Shown: piece by piece, positions 50,101 to 58,691 of the stretch
Layout: every line of letters starts with the position of its first letter
Numbering within the stretch: position 1 is the stretch's first letter
Source: a virus
IMG/VR virus record: IMGVR_UViG_3300001450_010303
Coordinates: 41,275-105,274 of that record
DNA: 64,000 bases
Reading direction: 5' to 3' (one strand)
Notes under the pieces: model-generated
Databases searched by the model: none
Told to the model about the DNA's origin: nothing
The model's input: only the letters and a program-made list of their open reading frames with translations
Program-made: the position numbers and the translations under genes

Positions 50101-51607
50101 TGATTACACTGCACCCGACCCTAGCACGTTTGGCCCGGGCACGACTTCCGGCGGCACAACCGGCACAATAACAGTGCCTTACTCCCCAGTTATGCCAGGA
50201 TTTACAGCAATCACAACCTGTAAAACATCAATATTGGCTACAAGAAATGCATATGCTACAAGCCAGCAAGACATGAGTGATAGTCCGCACGTGGCAGACT
50301 TCTACTTCCATGTAGAGCCGTGTTTTAAGGTTATAGAGATCCCCATGTTTTCAAAAACACAACAAGTTTTAGATCATCCCGGTAATGGAGCATCGATATA
50401 TCCATTTCAATACATAGATGATTCGCAGAGAGTAGGATTTGAAACATCATATGAGAGTCATGTGCCAAAAGAATTCCCGACAGTTATAACAGCCGAAGAT
50501 CAGGTTAAGAAAGACGACTACTTGTTCGCAAATAATTTGCTTTTAAAAGATATCATAAACGCAAAAACGATCTCGCGAGCAAGATATGTAGAAGTCTTTA
50601 GAACATCTGTCAAACCAACAAGTTACGGAGATTTTGAAGGAAATCTCTTAAGCACTCTCGATCTTAGAATAGAAGATACAGAGTACGTCTTTGCTGACAC
50701 AGTTTATGAATCGGAAATTGACACTAACAAAAAATATTACTATCTATTTAGATTCCTGAACGAACATATGATGATAAGCCACCCATCTGAAATAATGGAA
50801 TGTGAATTAGTTAATGATGGAGGATACAAATATGCTATTTTTGGCGTACTATATGAGCAGCATCTCCGCACCGCACCACCAAAGAACACAACAATCTCCA
50901 TGAAGAAACTTCTGCAGATACAACCTAATATGAGCCAAATTACACTTGACACAACCGACGTTGATTTTAATAAAAAAGCAGCCACTCAAATAAACAAAGT
51001 CAATGTTGGGGTTGCTAAAGAATTGATTTGGGGAAAACGATTTAAAATTAGAATGATTTCTAAGAAAACCGGAAAGAAAGTAGATCTGAATATTAAATTT
51101 AAAATGCAAGAAGACCCTGAAGCGCCCGTCAAGTCCGCCCCACCCGGAATGTCTGTGGCGCCAGAGCCATCGCCCGGAGCGCGCTGGGAGCACGAGACTG
51201 AGGTTACAGTGACAATAGAGGAAGAGGAAGAGTGGTGGGATGATTTGGGAGATACAGACGCTTACAGAGAAGGCACAGATGTACCAGAAGAAGGTTATGG
51301 TGGCGACGGCGCGCTATACCCACCGGTCACGATGGAGCCAGACCCGGTCTTGCCATGGCCAGATACCGACACAGATTATGGATTTTATGAAACCGGCCCC
51401 CCCGAAGGAATGTCCGGACCCTCGACTTATGATGGTTCAGGCGATGGCCCTTCCTTTTATGAAGCCGGCCCTTACACCGCCCCCTCGACTTATGATGGTT
51501 CAAGCGATGGCCCTTCCTTTTATGAAGTCGGCCCTTACACCGGCCCCGACGATACCTTCACAGGCGCCGAGATGACATATTACGAGTGGGATCATGACTG
51601 GGAATAA
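47120..51607 (+). CDS. 1495-aa putative virion protein with low-complexity insertion and repeat tail
   Basis: FN3-like segments (AYRIEK...LFDTQVKYGEKYTY; EVFR...NKKYYYLFRF) flank a Gly/Pro/Asp-rich insert. Confidence 0.55.
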   Translation: MPDPELFFPAGSVAPSGPPLYSTAYEIDDSHVYTFVGHGNVEGDGNYLREEIGNIWSIIDGKEENQSLNTRALPLYKTENLNGIEVFRANSRSRYIKAVEINPCTVRVLEPTLAVPNYLIPVRLYSELNLPGGDLFWNTLFRGGQIGEGNYTSLLPSDAVYYNTMFKYSIPYTILEMKKTGISSTTAEPTNVGYEYNAYLHRYESSVSNKKSELLIPNYYMFKYIKGANASYKQYATLEKKVSLDILRNDLFKNRTRSFSYLEKDFSGYSFSPTLEDEVTNSQKNILFDDKYYEKERYDTTQPMPQNLFPYGVRISMPNDSGIIEKTSKSKYRIRDSIMKNDFSSKFLEILKDVYDESFPDIAPGYLEYTVQKSSLAKSSTPRTGPQKVETNTVNKTPYKTIDFLEFLTLIYNNYSASLNDDYSFVGNARAAAAERSTTYSATGFDRYFNNKNVMAVLNDTIKYSKTILNADDLKYMNLQNVINIQENPVETLAYRIEKVAGQQSENSTNKTVLQNFWMFNSSHMKNLDLFDTQVKYGEKYTYNCYAYVVVPSYRYKYTNLRLTKQIARIDTDGDGIPDQYCMQFYDPATNNYAEQLFYDGAGMVSSAPGSSIGAVDFESGPTGMITSPESAMPVSDGEGVDPWPPTTVEPMSYQGQDKDEEKKRKLEDTLQGSSDGLGGGGHHAGSGQNWNHGSSGDPTHDNPPAGGPGYVEGAGGGYASPTTGWRFGAMEDEEGESIGGEGMDADVFAELMDVINNLNTGLSSEDFASFMQGATFGGGGGDEDGPGHDSGGSGDGGGSESEWYEAPGADENLDGVPDDEQTPAPYVRKNTGATWGIGIAGLPGSHFNDAATSTSVPYSFTVPGTNWTVPGNGVAAVVKGSWLKAGDWTDADQAAYDKRWWAARQANTPGNKVEVASPFTQGGESGGGSRSIVRSTTTRPIRDPYGSSPYSNVQAMSSTGYSAPAGTTGGSPYPGSSMPGGGPAFYETPGAPPDYTAPDPSTFGPGTTSGGTTGTITVPYSPVMPGFTAITTCKTSILATRNAYATSQQDMSDSPHVADFYFHVEPCFKVIEIPMFSKTQQVLDHPGNGASIYPFQYIDDSQRVGFETSYESHVPKEFPTVITAEDQVKKDDYLFANNLLLKDIINAKTISRARYVEVFRTSVKPTSYGDFEGNLLSTLDLRIEDTEYVFADTVYESEIDTNKKYYYLFRFLNEHMMISHPSEIMECELVNDGGYKYAIFGVLYEQHLRTAPPKNTTISMKKLLQIQPNMSQITLDTTDVDFNKKAATQINKVNVGVAKELIWGKRFKIRMISKKTGKKVDLNIKFKMQEDPEAPVKSAPPGMSVAPEPSPGARWEHETEVTVTIEEEEEWWDDLGDTDAYREGTDVPEEGYGGDGALYPPVTMEPDPVLPWPDTDTDYGFYETGPPEGMSGPSTYDGSGDGPSFYEAGPYTAPSTYDGSSDGPSFYEVGPYTGPDDTFTGAEMTYYEWDHDWE
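51419..51544 (+). repeat. 63-nt in-frame tandem repeat, 2 copies (PSTYDGS.DGPSFYE.GPYT.)
   Basis: CCCTCGACTTATGATGGTTCA...CCTTACACCG starts at 51419 and again at 51482, with about 3 mismatches. Confidence 0.9.
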
Positions 51608-51633
51608 AAAAATAGTTAAACACGGATATTATT

Positions 51634-52644
51634 ATGGCTTTTAAAAAGACAAGCGGCACGATTGTTATTGACGCAACTTTAACCGAATTAGGTCGAGAAA
51701 AAATGGCTAAAGGAGAATTTTTAATTTCGAAATTCGCTTTAGGTGACGATGAAATTGACTATAGCCTATTTGATAAAATTATAAAACATGATGAGGACGG
51801 GATCCAAGCCACCAAGATAGCGGCAATGTTGGAAGCATATTCAAATAAAAATTCTAACATTACGTACGGTCCAACCACACATATAAGCCAAAATATACTG
51901 TATCTCCCAGAGCTTAAGGTTAATAATAGATTAAGTTTTTGTCCGGATATCTATCATGATGTTCATTATCTATCAGTTAATGATGAAACTTCCGAAAAGA
52001 TAAATCTGATCTTCGCAAATTCGTTTAAATACTTGGAATCAAGTACAACAGAAAAATCTAAACTAGTAATTGAGAGCGGCTTAAACACACCTGAAATTCG
52101 CCCAGAACTTAAAAATAGAGATAAGTATCTATTAAATTTAGGTTTGTTGGACCAATACTCATATGTCATGTGTGATGCTAGATTTATAGATTCTATGATG
52201 GCATCAGATAAAAGCAGTAAATTTCAAAATTTTCCAAACGGAGATTATAAAATTAATTTCGAGACACTGACGGCTGCCGCACCCACCTCACACAATAATG
52301 GTTTCAGATTTTATAGAACATATTTATGTAATATGATCCCTAATTTAATGACAGATTATGAATCTTTCACTTCCCCAGGCCTTGAATTTTCGAATATTCT
52401 CGGCCCGCGCGGCACCGTCATGGCCACAAACTATTCTGTCGTGTCAAGCCTTAGAACAAATTCCGATGGCGAAAGAGACAAAAGATGGACTAAATACGGC
52501 GAAATCGATCAAGTATTATTTAGCGAAGAATACGTAACACAATACAAGTTTGATTATATAGAAACAACTATATACATAGTAGGCGCAATCTCACATGCGT
52601 CAATTCAGGTACCTGTGAGATTATTAAGATATTCAGGAACTTAG
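51634..52644 (+). CDS. Putative tail protein (paralog of 52723)
   Basis: IDATLTELGREKMAKG.F.I.KFALGDDEI.Y; C-terminal GPRG...FDYIETTIYI.G. Confidence 0.6.
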   Translation: MAFKKTSGTIVIDATLTELGREKMAKGEFLISKFALGDDEIDYSLFDKIIKHDEDGIQATKIAAMLEAYSNKNSNITYGPTTHISQNILYLPELKVNNRLSFCPDIYHDVHYLSVNDETSEKINLIFANSFKYLESSTTEKSKLVIESGLNTPEIRPELKNRDKYLLNLGLLDQYSYVMCDARFIDSMMASDKSSKFQNFPNGDYKINFETLTAAAPTSHNNGFRFYRTYLCNMIPNLMTDYESFTSPGLEFSNILGPRGTVMATNYSVVSSLRTNSDGERDKRWTKYGEIDQVLFSEEYVTQYKFDYIETTIYIVGAISHASIQVPVRLLRYSGT

Positions 52645-52722
52645 TATTTAAAAAGTTTTATTATAGTGCTATAATCTATTTAATAACAAAAACACTAATT
52701 ATTATAACAAAGAGGTAAATAA

Positions 52723-53715
52723 ATGGCTTTCTTAGACAATTCCGGAGACATCATTCTCGACGCCGTGCTCACAGAGATCGGCAGAAGAAAAATGGCTAAA
52801 GGAAACTTTTCAATTAAAATGTTTGCTCTTGGCGACGATGAAATCAACTATAAGTTGTATAACAAAAACCACCCGTCAGGTTCAGCTTACTATGATCTGG
52901 AGATATTACAAACTCCGATACTGGAGGCCTTCACAGAGACAAATGCTGGAATTAATTATGGCCTTTTGTCCCACGGTAACACCAACTTGATGTATATGCC
53001 GGTTATGAAAACAAACGAAAAAGTGCCAAACGCGGCTATCAAGAGTGAATCCGGTTTTTACTACTTGTCTGTTGCTGATGGAGTCACTGCAGACGCCATC
53101 ATTGCTGCCCTGGGAGGCTCCTGCGAAAACGCAGGTCAGTATGTACTTCAATCCGGAGCCCACACTGGAACAAAGATTATCTCCGAGATAGGATTAGATA
53201 CAAAAGAAATATCGGCCACAACGCAGAACAGAAATAATTATCTGGATTCTAACAACCTAACAGACACCGGAATATCTGTTTCGATTGACACGAGATTCTT
53301 ATCGAGCGTACTAGGGGCCGCTAGGGGAAGTATATTTAGTAATGGTGGCACTGAGGGCCGCGAAAAAATTCAAATTAACATGTCCCGCACCGCTGCCGGC
53401 CGAACGGATCGCAATCTTCCAAACCATAGGATAGCCACAGTGAAAGCAATTAGAAATCAAGTTGTGTTTAGACAGAACGACAACCGAGCAGACACGGCAA
53501 CATCAGTGATGAATGGCCCCCGCGCCAGCGCGACAGCATTAAACTTTGATGCTAAGAGCCTCACCAACGACGATTTTAGTCGACATGGTAAAACTTCACA
53601 AGACCTGTTTGGAGATGGTAACACATATGATTATATCGATACAACAGTGTATGTTTCCGGAGTGTCCTCGGGCGCAACCCAACAAATTAGTTTAAGGTTA
53701 ATTAAAAAAGCATAA
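52723..53715 (+). CDS. Putative tail protein (paralog of 51634)
   Basis: LDAVLTEIGRRKMAKG.F.I.MFALGDDEINY; GPRA...YDYIDTTVYV.G; GAGGT SD. Confidence 0.6.
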   Translation: MAFLDNSGDIILDAVLTEIGRRKMAKGNFSIKMFALGDDEINYKLYNKNHPSGSAYYDLEILQTPILEAFTETNAGINYGLLSHGNTNLMYMPVMKTNEKVPNAAIKSESGFYYLSVADGVTADAIIAALGGSCENAGQYVLQSGAHTGTKIISEIGLDTKEISATTQNRNNYLDSNNLTDTGISVSIDTRFLSSVLGAARGSIFSNGGTEGREKIQINMSRTAAGRTDRNLPNHRIATVKAIRNQVVFRQNDNRADTATSVMNGPRASATALNFDAKSLTNDDFSRHGKTSQDLFGDGNTYDYIDTTVYVSGVSSGATQQISLRLIKKA

Positions 53716-53736
53716 TATGATAAATGGAGAAAAGAA

Positions 53737-54849
53737 ATGCCAATAAAAAGTTTTGAACCCCTAAATCCTAATACGGATATAACCACCACAAGAACCTTCT
53801 TGCATGAGGTGGTGCCGGTAACAGGTGCTATTGTTAGTGGAACATATGGTGTATTTACGACAGAAAACAATATTAAAAATTATACTCATGGCCAGTTTCA
53901 ATCTGTATATGACTATCCATATTTAAGTTCCTCAGCAAACCATATATTTGATATAACAATGGGCTACGACGAGAGTTCTGCGCTATCGCATTCTGCCTCA
54001 ACGCAAAACAGCAAAAAGATCAATATGTATAATCAATTCTCGCAGTTGTTATTGGGCTACACGGGTTCTGATAATACGGTCAGAGTGTTCGAAAGTGATC
54101 TGGTCTTAGACCTTACGGGTTCAATGAAAGAGGTGTATTTTGTTAACTTTTCTCGATTGCTCACCAAGGATCAAATCAAGAAAGGATCCGTAGAGATTAA
54201 ACTTGGCCGCGGCGCGATGCGCGGCACTGACGGTAATGCCGGCTGCGCATTTGTTGATACAGGCTCTAACTCGAAAGTAATAACCTTGACAGACGCCTCA
54301 GCTTCGGTGGATGATACCGGAACGTTTAACACTCTTGGGGGAGACTATGGTGTTTTGTATGACGCCGGCGGCGCTGGTGCGACAGACACAGGCATTGGAA
54401 AAGGAATCATATTCTACCAAGCCGGCGTCATGGTTTTGACGGCATCGATTTTCTCTTCTTCGAATGGGAATTTAGATGATTACTGGAAATACGAAGGCAA
54501 TTCATGGAGTGTAACACAATCCATGATGACCGGAGCAATCAGCGCTTCATGTGACGCTCTCAGGCAACGAATTCAAAGCGTCTCGTTTAATAACACAACC
54601 GAGATTAATTCAACAATCTACTTCTGCCGCGTACCACACAATAAATTCAACTACAGTACAAACCCAACGTATATAACCGGAAGCAAGTTGAGAGTTAAAA
54701 ACACTTCGGGAGATCCATCAGTCTCATATATAACAACAGTTGGTCTTTATAGCTCGAATAACGAGCTGTTAGCAGTAGCCAAACTTTCAGAGCCACTTAA
54801 GAAGACGCCGAGTAACGAGCTAACTCTTCGTGTTAGATTGGACTATTGA
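53737..54849 (+). CDS. Putative tail/tail-fibre-associated protein
   Basis: C-terminal NYSTNPT...YITTVGLY...ELLAVAKLSEPLKK...RVRLDY, reminiscent of phage tail-collar/fibre attachment domains; paralog of 54874. Confidence 0.55.
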   Translation: MPIKSFEPLNPNTDITTTRTFLHEVVPVTGAIVSGTYGVFTTENNIKNYTHGQFQSVYDYPYLSSSANHIFDITMGYDESSALSHSASTQNSKKINMYNQFSQLLLGYTGSDNTVRVFESDLVLDLTGSMKEVYFVNFSRLLTKDQIKKGSVEIKLGRGAMRGTDGNAGCAFVDTGSNSKVITLTDASASVDDTGTFNTLGGDYGVLYDAGGAGATDTGIGKGIIFYQAGVMVLTASIFSSSNGNLDDYWKYEGNSWSVTQSMMTGAISASCDALRQRIQSVSFNNTTEINSTIYFCRVPHNKFNYSTNPTYITGSKLRVKNTSGDPSVSYITTVGLYSSNNELLAVAKLSEPLKKTPSNELTLRVRLDY

Positions 54850-54873
54850 TTCCTTCTAAAAAGAGAAAATCAT

Positions 54874-56172
54874 ATGTTTAGAAAATTTGGCCCGAACGAT
54901 ATCATTCGAAATGCTTTGGTGGCTCACCCTAAGACCACATTTTTTATCTATGAATCGCGCGTGTATTATAACGATAAGCCAGTGCAATCTGGATCGTTTG
55001 GGCCCGAACGCTTAAGCTATTATGCCGTCGCTGGCGATACTAACGTTCAAATTGGTGTTGTAGCACCACTTGGAAATGTTAGTTTATACGAATATAACAT
55101 CGATCGTATTAAATCAATATCGCCCTCGGCACCGACGCTTAATCAGACCATATATCCGTATTTGACAAAAGATGGTTCAAAAGCTAGCTTCAAGACAGTA
55201 ATCAAGGCATCATCAATATATAACAATGAATTTGATTTTGGCGATACATTAGCTGGTATATATCCGATGACCGCCTCTATACGTAGAGATTATATAACGA
55301 CCCCACACGACAGCACCACAGGAGTTTATAACCAATATTTCGTGGCTTTAAAAAACAAATTAAATTTATATGGAGTTAGATCGCGACACTATAAAGTAAC
55401 TTCATCTTACGGAGATAAGAGCCAACAAACATTAAATCTTATTCATATTCCTTCTATCTTTTACGGCCAACGAATAAGGCCCGGAAGCTTATCGCTGAAG
55501 TGGTATTTTTCTGGTTCTCTTATAGGAGAGCTAAGAGACACTAAACAGAACGGAGAGCTAATTCAAGTTTCTGGTACCTACGATGGTGTCGGCGATGTTA
55601 ATGCGGCAAACATCGGAAATGTAGCAGGTGTGGCTTTATATGATGAGGGGCTGTTGCTGATGACAGGTTCGTGGGATCTTAGCAACGCCAATGTACATCT
55701 GAGAGCCGGAGATACAGCATCAAAGCCACAGTGGATTTATTGGGGTGCTGGTGCTCATGATGGAGTTAATGAGGGCACAGTAAATAGTGGTGGTGGAAGT
55801 ATTACATTTACGAATGCTGCGTTTGAATTATCGTTCGAAGGAACAACAAAAACACAAGTACTTACAATGTATGCTCATGCTGATAAAGGCAAAGTTAATT
55901 ACTCCAATAACCCAACGTTTATAGAATACGGTCAAGAACAACTACAACAAACTTCTTCACACGTATATGAGGAGAACTCAAAGAGGTTAATCAAGAATAC
56001 AGTTAGTTCTAGCTACAGTAGTTATAGCGCCTCTTTTAAGAGACAAGTGTATATATCCAAAGTAGCGGTATATGACGCTGCTAAAAATTTAATAGGTGTT
56101 GCTACATTATCCAGTCCGGTCCTTAAAGAAGAAGAGCAAGACTATACATTTAAAATAAAATTGGATCTGTAA
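54874..56172 (+). CDS. Putative tail/tail-fibre-associated protein
   Basis: NYSNNPT...YISKVAVYD..KNLIGVATLSSPVLK...KIKLDL; paralog of 53737. Confidence 0.55.
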   Translation: MFRKFGPNDIIRNALVAHPKTTFFIYESRVYYNDKPVQSGSFGPERLSYYAVAGDTNVQIGVVAPLGNVSLYEYNIDRIKSISPSAPTLNQTIYPYLTKDGSKASFKTVIKASSIYNNEFDFGDTLAGIYPMTASIRRDYITTPHDSTTGVYNQYFVALKNKLNLYGVRSRHYKVTSSYGDKSQQTLNLIHIPSIFYGQRIRPGSLSLKWYFSGSLIGELRDTKQNGELIQVSGTYDGVGDVNAANIGNVAGVALYDEGLLLMTGSWDLSNANVHLRAGDTASKPQWIYWGAGAHDGVNEGTVNSGGGSITFTNAAFELSFEGTTKTQVLTMYAHADKGKVNYSNNPTFIEYGQEQLQQTSSHVYEENSKRLIKNTVSSSYSSYSASFKRQVYISKVAVYDAAKNLIGVATLSSPVLKEEEQDYTFKIKLDL

Positions 56173-56513
56173 TGAATCCAATAGTGCTGGTTACACCCCG
56201 CCTAACAAGGCTCTTATCATTTGTTATCGATATAAGAGCAATAACGCTGTTCCCTTTCATTCTGTGTAGTGAGAAGTTATCAGATGAAATTTTAAATCAC
56301 GAAACAATACATATCGCTCAACAAAAAGAACTATTTGTGGTATTCTTTTATATGTTGTATGTTTGGGATTATTTAAAAGGTCTAATTAGGTTTCGAGATA
56401 AAGAACTTGCATATAGAAATATCAGGTTCGAACAAGAAGCGTACGCACAAATGCACAATAAAAAATATTTACAAAACAGAAGCCGCCATAGTTGGCGTAA
56501 ATATAAGGCGTAA
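56172..56513 (+). CDS. Small HExxH zinc-metallopeptidase-like protein
   Basis: AITLFPFI, NHETIH..Q, AY.NIRFEQEAY. Confidence 0.6.
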   Translation: MNPIVLVTPRLTRLLSFVIDIRAITLFPFILCSEKLSDEILNHETIHIAQQKELFVVFFYMLYVWDYLKGLIRFRDKELAYRNIRFEQEAYAQMHNKKYLQNRSRHSWRKYKA

Positions 56514-56514
56514 A

Positions 56515-57066
56515 ATGATCCTCGGTATTGACGTCTCCACCAGTATAACTGGTTTTGCTTTGGTGGGTGACGGTGAAATCCTCCACTATAGTGCATGTGA
56601 CCTGCGAAAACATAAGGGCACCTTTGCTAAAGCAGAAAAGATAAAAGAATACATCGAAGATTTATATGAGATGTATCAGTTAGACAACGACTCCTTTGTG
56701 GGAGATGCAAAGTTTCCGATAGATAAAATTTATATTGAACAACCACTAATGATGTTTGCTAAAGGCCGCTCATCCGCAAGTGTCATTGCAACCTTGACAG
56801 CGTTTAATGGCATAGTATCGTGGCTTGTTTATGAGTTGTTCGAGATTGAGCCAGAATACATCTCTGCGTCGTCTGCAAGGAAGAAGGCGGGCATTAGTGT
56901 GAAGAGAGGCCAAAAAGCCAAGGAAGTGGTCTTAGCGCATCTTATAGAACATGAGCCAGCCTTCAATGTAGAATACACAAAACACGGCAACCCGGTTGCC
57001 GGTTCATACGACAAGGCGGACGCTATTATAATAGCAAAAGCCGGCTATACGATAGAAAATACTTGA
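56515..57066 (+). CDS. RuvC-like Holliday junction resolvase
   Basis: ILGIDVSTSITG, IYIEQP, DKADAIIIA catalytic acidic residues. Confidence 0.8.
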   Translation: MILGIDVSTSITGFALVGDGEILHYSACDLRKHKGTFAKAEKIKEYIEDLYEMYQLDNDSFVGDAKFPIDKIYIEQPLMMFAKGRSSASVIATLTAFNGIVSWLVYELFEIEPEYISASSARKKAGISVKRGQKAKEVVLAHLIEHEPAFNVEYTKHGNPVAGSYDKADAIIIAKAGYTIENT

Positions 57067-57091
57067 CACCCAGAAGTGGTTGTGTTATATT
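57063..57091 (+). promoter_or_regulatory. Sigma70-type promoter upstream of the PPIase gene
   Basis: TTGACA-17 nt-TATATT with extended TG. Confidence 0.75.
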
Positions 57092-57124
57092 AGATAAAAT
57101 TTCATTATAAATATAGGAGATAAA

Positions 57125-57691
57125 ATGAAAATAAAAAACGGAAATACAGTAAGCGTGCATTACAAAGGCACACTAAACGATGGAACAGAATTTGATAATT
57201 CTAGAACGCGAGGGACGCCATTAAATTTCAAGGTCGGTTCCGGAAAAATGATCCGCGGATTTGATGGAGCGTGTGTTGGCATGACTACGGGCCAAACAAA
57301 AACAGTTTCGATAAACCCAGCGGATGCTTATGGAGAGAGAAATCCAAAAGCACTTCAGCCAGTACCTAAAAATGCTTTCGGGCCGGATTTTAACTTCCAA
57401 GTTGGCCAACCAGTTCAAGGTAACGGCCCACAAGGTCCGTTTCTGGCTCTGATCCACGCACTTGAAAATGATATGGTAGTTCTAGATATGAATCATCCTT
57501 TGGCTGGCAAAGAGCTAACCTTTGAGATTGAGGTGGTGTCGGTGGAGAATAGCGAAACAACAACAGCTGCATCAAGCTGGAGTGCTACGATGAAGAAAGC
57601 AGAATTGTTGCAAATCGCAAAAGATAACAATCTTGATGTTACCACCAAAACAACCAAAGCTAAAATCGTGGAAGCTCTTCAAGCTTTGTAG
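57125..57691 (+). CDS. slyD: FKBP-type peptidyl-prolyl isomerase, SlyD-like, with C-terminal Rho-N/HeH-like helical domain
   Basis: VSVHYKGTL.DGTEFD.S, G.MI.GFD, P.DAYG, LDMNHPLAGKELTFEIEV. Confidence 0.88.
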   Translation: MKIKNGNTVSVHYKGTLNDGTEFDNSRTRGTPLNFKVGSGKMIRGFDGACVGMTTGQTKTVSINPADAYGERNPKALQPVPKNAFGPDFNFQVGQPVQGNGPQGPFLALIHALENDMVVLDMNHPLAGKELTFEIEVVSVENSETTTAASSWSATMKKAELLQIAKDNNLDVTTKTTKAKIVEALQAL

Positions 57692-57697
57692 AGCGTC

Positions 57698-57726
57698 TTG
57701 ACAGTCGGTTTCGAATATGTTATAAT
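57698..57726 (+). promoter_or_regulatory. Perfect consensus sigma70 promoter upstream of primase
   Basis: TTGACA-17 nt-TATAAT with extended TG. Confidence 0.85.
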
Positions 57727-57743
57727 GTTTATTGTGAGGAAAC

Positions 57744-58682
57744 ATGAATATCAAAGCCGCAAAGAAGATTCTTAATGAAACGCTTGGAGACAGCACAAAC
57801 AAAGGCGCCGAACTTCTTTTCGCGTGCCCGTCATGTGATCATAGAAAACGTAAATTTTCAGTTAACATTGTTAAAAATGTTTTTAAATGCTGGATTTGTG
57901 ATTATCGCGGTCGGAATATTAGGCGTGTTGTGCGTCGGTTTAGCGGCCATAACCAATTGGCGGCGTGGGACGCAATATTCGGGCGTCAAGATATTGAAAG
58001 GTTTGCTGACCTCTTTATGGAGGGAGGCGTGGAAGAACGCCGAGAGAAAGTGGAACTCCCGCCAGAATTCACAACCCTCTGCTCAGAACACCAACCAGCA
58101 ACAGCCAGTTACGCATTACGATATCTCTACAAAAGAGGAGTAAGTAAAGCCGACATCCTCAAATGGAAGATCGGATATTGTTTCGGTGGCGAATATAGGA
58201 GCAGGATCATTATCCCGTCTTTCGACGACGATGGTGACTGCTCCTATTTCATTGCGAGATCATATAACGGTGACTCATATAAATATAAGAACCCACCCGT
58301 ATCAAAAGACATTGTATTTAATGAGCTATTTATTAACTGGAACGAAGACCTAACTATTGTAGAAGGAGTCTTTGATGCACTGGTCGCAGGAAATGCTGTT
58401 CCCATTCTGGGCTCAACACTTAGATCGAACTCCGATCTTATCCGCAAAATTGTCCTCAACGACACACCCATTTACATCGCCCTCGACCCAGACGCGAGAA
58501 AGAAAGAAAACAGGATCATTCAGATGCTTCTTAAATATGATATTGAAATGTATAAAATAGATGTAAGTGGTTATGAAGATGTAGGTTCAATGCCAAAAGA
58601 TGTCTTCCGGGAAAGAAAGAATAACGCTTCCTTTATCGATAGGGACGACTATTTACTGTTGAATTTGTTATCAGCAGTCTAA
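57744..58682 (+). CDS. DNA primase (Zn finger + TOPRIM)
   Basis: CPSC...CWIC zinc finger, RIIIP, KYKNP, IVEGVFDA, ALDPD. Confidence 0.88.
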   Translation: MNIKAAKKILNETLGDSTNKGAELLFACPSCDHRKRKFSVNIVKNVFKCWICDYRGRNIRRVVRRFSGHNQLAAWDAIFGRQDIERFADLFMEGGVEERREKVELPPEFTTLCSEHQPATASYALRYLYKRGVSKADILKWKIGYCFGGEYRSRIIIPSFDDDGDCSYFIARSYNGDSYKYKNPPVSKDIVFNELFINWNEDLTIVEGVFDALVAGNAVPILGSTLRSNSDLIRKIVLNDTPIYIALDPDARKKENRIIQMLLKYDIEMYKIDVSGYEDVGSMPKDVFRERKNNASFIDRDDYLLLNLLSAV

Positions 58683-58691
58683 GGGGAACTT

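Noticed and set aside
51419-51544. CRISPR array
   Set aside because: Two adjacent in-frame coding repeats with no spacers and no cas genes.
44815-51607. Diversity-generating retroelement
   Set aside because: No reverse transcriptase and no template/variable repeat pair in the window; the mismatches in the 63-nt repeat are not adenine-specific.
16375-56172. Extracellular contractile injection system / T6SS rather than phage
   Set aside because: gp25/gp6 homologs are accompanied by primase, resolvase, gp46/47-like and sigma-like genes, which fits a replicating phage.
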